Below, piece by piece: positions 60,013-64,000 of a stretch of 64,000 nt of DNA (the stretch's first letter is position 1; each line of letters begins with the position of its first letter). The stretch spans positions 124,001-188,000 of the forward strand of contig MCFE01000032.1 of the NCBI GenBank assembly GCA_002104905.1, in the 5' to 3' direction. This DNA is from Basidiobolus meristosporus CBS 931.73. Taxonomy: Eukaryota; Fungi; Basidiobolomycota. The position numbers and the translations under genes were made by a program. The notes beneath the pieces were generated by a model. It saw nothing but the letters and a program-made list of their open reading frames with translations. It was not told the DNA's origin and did no database searches.

Positions 60013-63000
60013 TATTCATATCTGCACTAAATATGACCACAAACAAGGATTTGCAGACATGGTTTATTGACTCTGGAACATCTCAACACTTTACACACCA
60101 AAAAGGACTCTTTACCCAATATCAAGAAATTCCAATTAAGAAGGTTTTCATGGGTGACAATAGGACACTTGATGCAGTGGGAGAAGGAACTATCCAAGTA
60201 AACCTAAGAAGCAGTGAAGGAAGCCATACACTGACTCTCAAAGAAGTACTCTATGTACCAGAAATAGCCAAGAACCTACTATCTGTAAGCAAGACCACTG
60301 CAGAAGGACTCAGTTTCAGCTTTGACAATTCTGGATGCAAGATCACTAATCAAAATGGTGCCCATATTGCTTTGGGTATCAGAGATCAGAATCTATACAA
60401 GTTGACTTATATTCCATCATATTTGGAAGGCAATATAAGTAAATTAAATGAAGAAACAACAATGCTTTGGCACAGGAGATTTGGGCACATCAATTTTGAT
60501 TATTTATGCAAAATGATCAAAGATCAGCTAATTTCCAGAGTAAAAATTGATCCCCCAGCTAATTTGGAGCACTGTGAAGCCTGCATATATGGGAAACAAG
60601 CCAGACAACCGTTCAAGAGCTCTGGGTTAATCAAAATAAGAAAAAATTAGATCTGATGCACTCAGATCTGTGTGGACCTATGCAAAATATATCCTTAGGT
60701 GGGATGAAGTATTTAATCACTTTTATTGATGATTATACAAGATACACATGGGTCTACTTCATGGAGAGAAAGGAAGAAGTTCTGTCTAAGTTCAGGGAGT
60801 TTAAAGCCATGGTGGAGAGAGAAACTGGTGAAAAAATCAAGAAAATATGCTCTGACAATGGTGGACAGAGAAACTGGTGAAAAAATAAAGAAAATATGCT
60901 CTGACTGTAGTGGGGAATACACCTCAAAACTCTTCATCTACTTCTGCAAAATTCATGGGATAAAGCAAGAGACTACTGTATCATACCCCCCACAGAAAAA
61001 TGGAGTAGCAAAACGTGCTAACAGATCAATAATTGATATGGCAAGATCTATGATCAATGATCAAAAATTATCCTATGATTTCTGGGCGGAATCAGTTGCC
61101 ACTGCTGTTTATCTTAAAAATAGGAGTTATAACAGAATACTTTGCAATTCTACTCCATTTGAAGCATGGTATGGATACAGACAAAGTGCAGAACATCTAA
61201 GAATATTTGGGTGTACAGCATGTGCCAAGTAACTGCCTGGAAATCATTCAAGACTTGAGTCACAAAGTGTAAAATGCATATTTTTGGGCTACTGCAATGT
61301 GAGCAAAGCAAACAGACTATACAATACCAGAGCAACAAAGCTAATCAAGTCCAGGGATGTGTTGTTTGATGAAAATTCAAAATTTTCACAAAAAATGCCT
61401 TCAGATGATGCCAAAAATCTGATCTTAAATCCACCAACTGTCAGGATTGAATCAGAACAAAACAATGATATTTTTTCACTCCAGAGGACTCTAAAATCCT
61501 GGTTCAGCCAGAATCAGTGCTCAGGAATATCCCAGAAGTGATCATTCCAGTATCAAATGCCCGGAGATCCAATTGGACAAGAAATAGCCCAACTTACTAT
61601 ATCAATGAGGGTACAAACTTAGCCTATGCCCATTCAGTCAATATTGATGAGCCCCAGACTGTAAAAGAGGCCTCAAATAGCCCTCAGACAAAGTTTTGGA
61701 GATCTGCAATAACTGAGGAATATCAGGCCCTGATGGAAAATCAACCTGGGACTTAGTCAAATTACCAATCAACCAAAAATCAAGATATGCAGATGCAGAT
61801 GGGTCTTCAACACAAAATACAACGCTAATAGTACAATTGAAAGATACTAAGCAAGACTTGTAGCCAAAGAATGCTTTCAAACAAAAGGACCTGACTATAC
61901 TGCAACCTTTGCACTGGTAGCCAAGTTTAATTCCATCAGATTAATATTGGCTATTGCAGCCAAATATAAGTTTTTTATTCATCAAATGGATGTAAAAGCT
62001 GCATTTTTGAATGGAGAACTTGATGAGGATGTGAATATGGACCAGTCTGATGGGTTTGTTGACCAAGATAGCCCCCATTTGGTCTGCAAGCTTAAAAAGT
62101 CACTATATGGTCTCAAACAATCACCAAGAGCCTGGAATTGCAAGATAGATTCTTATTGGGAATCTTCAAGTTTCAAAAGGAGTAATGCTGACTATAGTAT
62201 ATACTATAAGCCATATAGAACAAATCCAGTTCTATTAGCTCTATATGTGGATGATCTTATTATAGCCACCAATAACCTAGAAACATTGAAAGAGACTAAA
62301 TCCAGCCTATCTAAAGAGCTCAAGATGTCCAAACAAGGAGAACTTAATTACTACTTAGGGATTAAGTTCTTCATAGACAGAAGTACCCAGACTATCACCC
62401 TAAGCCAATCCAAGTATATTCAAGATATACTAAAGAAGTACCAAATGGAAGACTGTAAACTGGCAGCTACCCCAATGGAGACAAACCTTAACTTGGTCAA
62501 AACTCAGCCAAATCAAGAGAGCTTGGTGCCATCTGAAAGCCCTGACTTTCCTTATCAATCAGAGATTGGCAGTCTGATGTATATTATGCTAGGAACACGT
62601 CCAGATATCTCATATTCAGTGGGAGTTGTCAGCCAACATAATCAAAACTATGGATCTGATCACATTGCAGCAGTTAAGCAGATTTTTAGATACCTAAAAG
62701 GAACTGCTGATATCTGCTTAAGATACACTTATAAGGATTCAGAACAGGATCTTGTGGGATACTCTGATGCTGATTGGGGACAAAAACTAGAAGACAGAAG
62801 ATCCACCACAGGATACACCTTTCTTTACTGTAAAGGAGCAATTTCATGGAATTCAAGAAAGCAACCAACCGTAGCACTTTCCACCACAGAGGCAGAGTAT
62901 ATGACTGCCTGTGAAGCTACAAAAGAAGCAATGTGGTTAAGAAAACTTTATACAGATTTAGGCCTATGTCAAAAAACGCCTATTACTTTATTTCAGGATA

Positions 63001-64000
63001 ATCAAGGATGTATACAATTAGGTAGAAATTCAACTTTTCATGCTAGAACCAAGCACATAGATATTAGACATCATTTCATATGTGAAGCTATAGAGAATAA
63101 CTTAGTTAGCTTGGCTTACTGTCCTACAGATGAAAAGATTGCAGACATATTTACCAAACCATTAGCTTGAGAGAAGTCTGAATATCTTAGGTCAAAATTA
63201 GGACTAGTCAGTATGAACATTTAGCTGAGTGGGAGTGTTGTAATAATTTGTATTTCCATCTAAATATTCACCTAGCTTAGTCACTTAGATCATTACCTTC
63301 ATATCCTATAGAATATTGACCAAATTCCTTGTTGGGATTTACTTAGAAAATTTTTGCCAAAATACCAGGTACCCAGAACATGAAAATTCTCAAAGTTGTC
63401 CAAACAGCCCCAAACTTTGCACACATGTTCTTGGGACCTTCCTTAACCTATTCTACGTGTTTGTAATGCCAAGATCAGGTAAAAGTATAAATACTACTTT
63501 TACATTCAATAAATCATTAACTGAAAACCACATAATGTACTTGTTCTCCCAATCACTTCCAATATCTCCAAGACTTTTACAACACAACGGACATGTGTCT
63601 AAATGTGCAATTTGGTGAGTTCTGGTAGTTTTGCTCTGAAGCATGCACATTTATCTCACATGTGTTGACTTGATGCAGGGCACTTTTATTAGGGGTGTTG
63701 GTGTAGAATGGACTGACATGTGCTGGCATGCTGAATTTGCAGGGGATGGTAAGGAATCCAGCAAGGCATGCTGGCACAATCTGGACGCAGTTACTTGCAG
63801 TCATTATTTTTTCTCTTAAAGTTCACCTTTTGATTCCTCAAGGTACACACTCACCCTCAGTTCAATACCTTAGCACTATTGCCTTGATGAGTCCTGTGTG
63901 TATTGCTCTTGGAAGCCACTTAGCTCTACTAATATATCATATAGTACATCAGTCATTTGAGGCAAAAACACATTCAAGATCTCCTTGGTTCCCAATGTTG

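Larger units (their letters stand above)
58114..63584 (+). mobile_element. Full-length decayed Ty1/Copia element; LTRs 58114-58462 and 63236-63584; TSD CAATG/CAACG
   Basis: Two 349-bp LTRs (~17 mismatches counted by eye), PBS GGTTATGTGCCC, PPT AGTGGGAG, gag-PR-INT-RT-RH with stops. Confidence 0.97.

Overview
Intron-rich eukaryotic DNA. Short ~55-90 bp GT-AG introns, fungal-type housekeeping genes and a Spindly orthologue suggest an early-diverging fungus (inference). The window has two sharply different halves. Bases 1-~42,600 are gene-dense and CpG-rich: SMC2 (5'-truncated), UTP25, an orphan basic ORF, an F-box/LRR gene, a divergent septin, DPH3, an unusual SPX + succinylglutamate desuccinylase/aspartoacylase fusion, VPS20, SEN1, mitochondrial uL4, TMEM14, Spindly, a subtilase, ALKBH7-like, three intronless RING-H2 genes, SEC1, an alpha/beta hydrolase, SOD1, LEO1 and MED10. 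Bases ~42,600-64,000 are a CpG-depleted nest of transposons. It holds seven LTR copies of one Ty1/Copia family (one solo LTR, one full element, truncated copies), Ty3/Gypsy RT and integrase fragments, a CACTA-like transposase relic, and two copies of a ~732-bp foldback element whose central spacer is flipped between copies. Apparent single-base frameshifts in three conserved genes are most likely assembly indels. All alignments and counts were done by eye, with no database searches.
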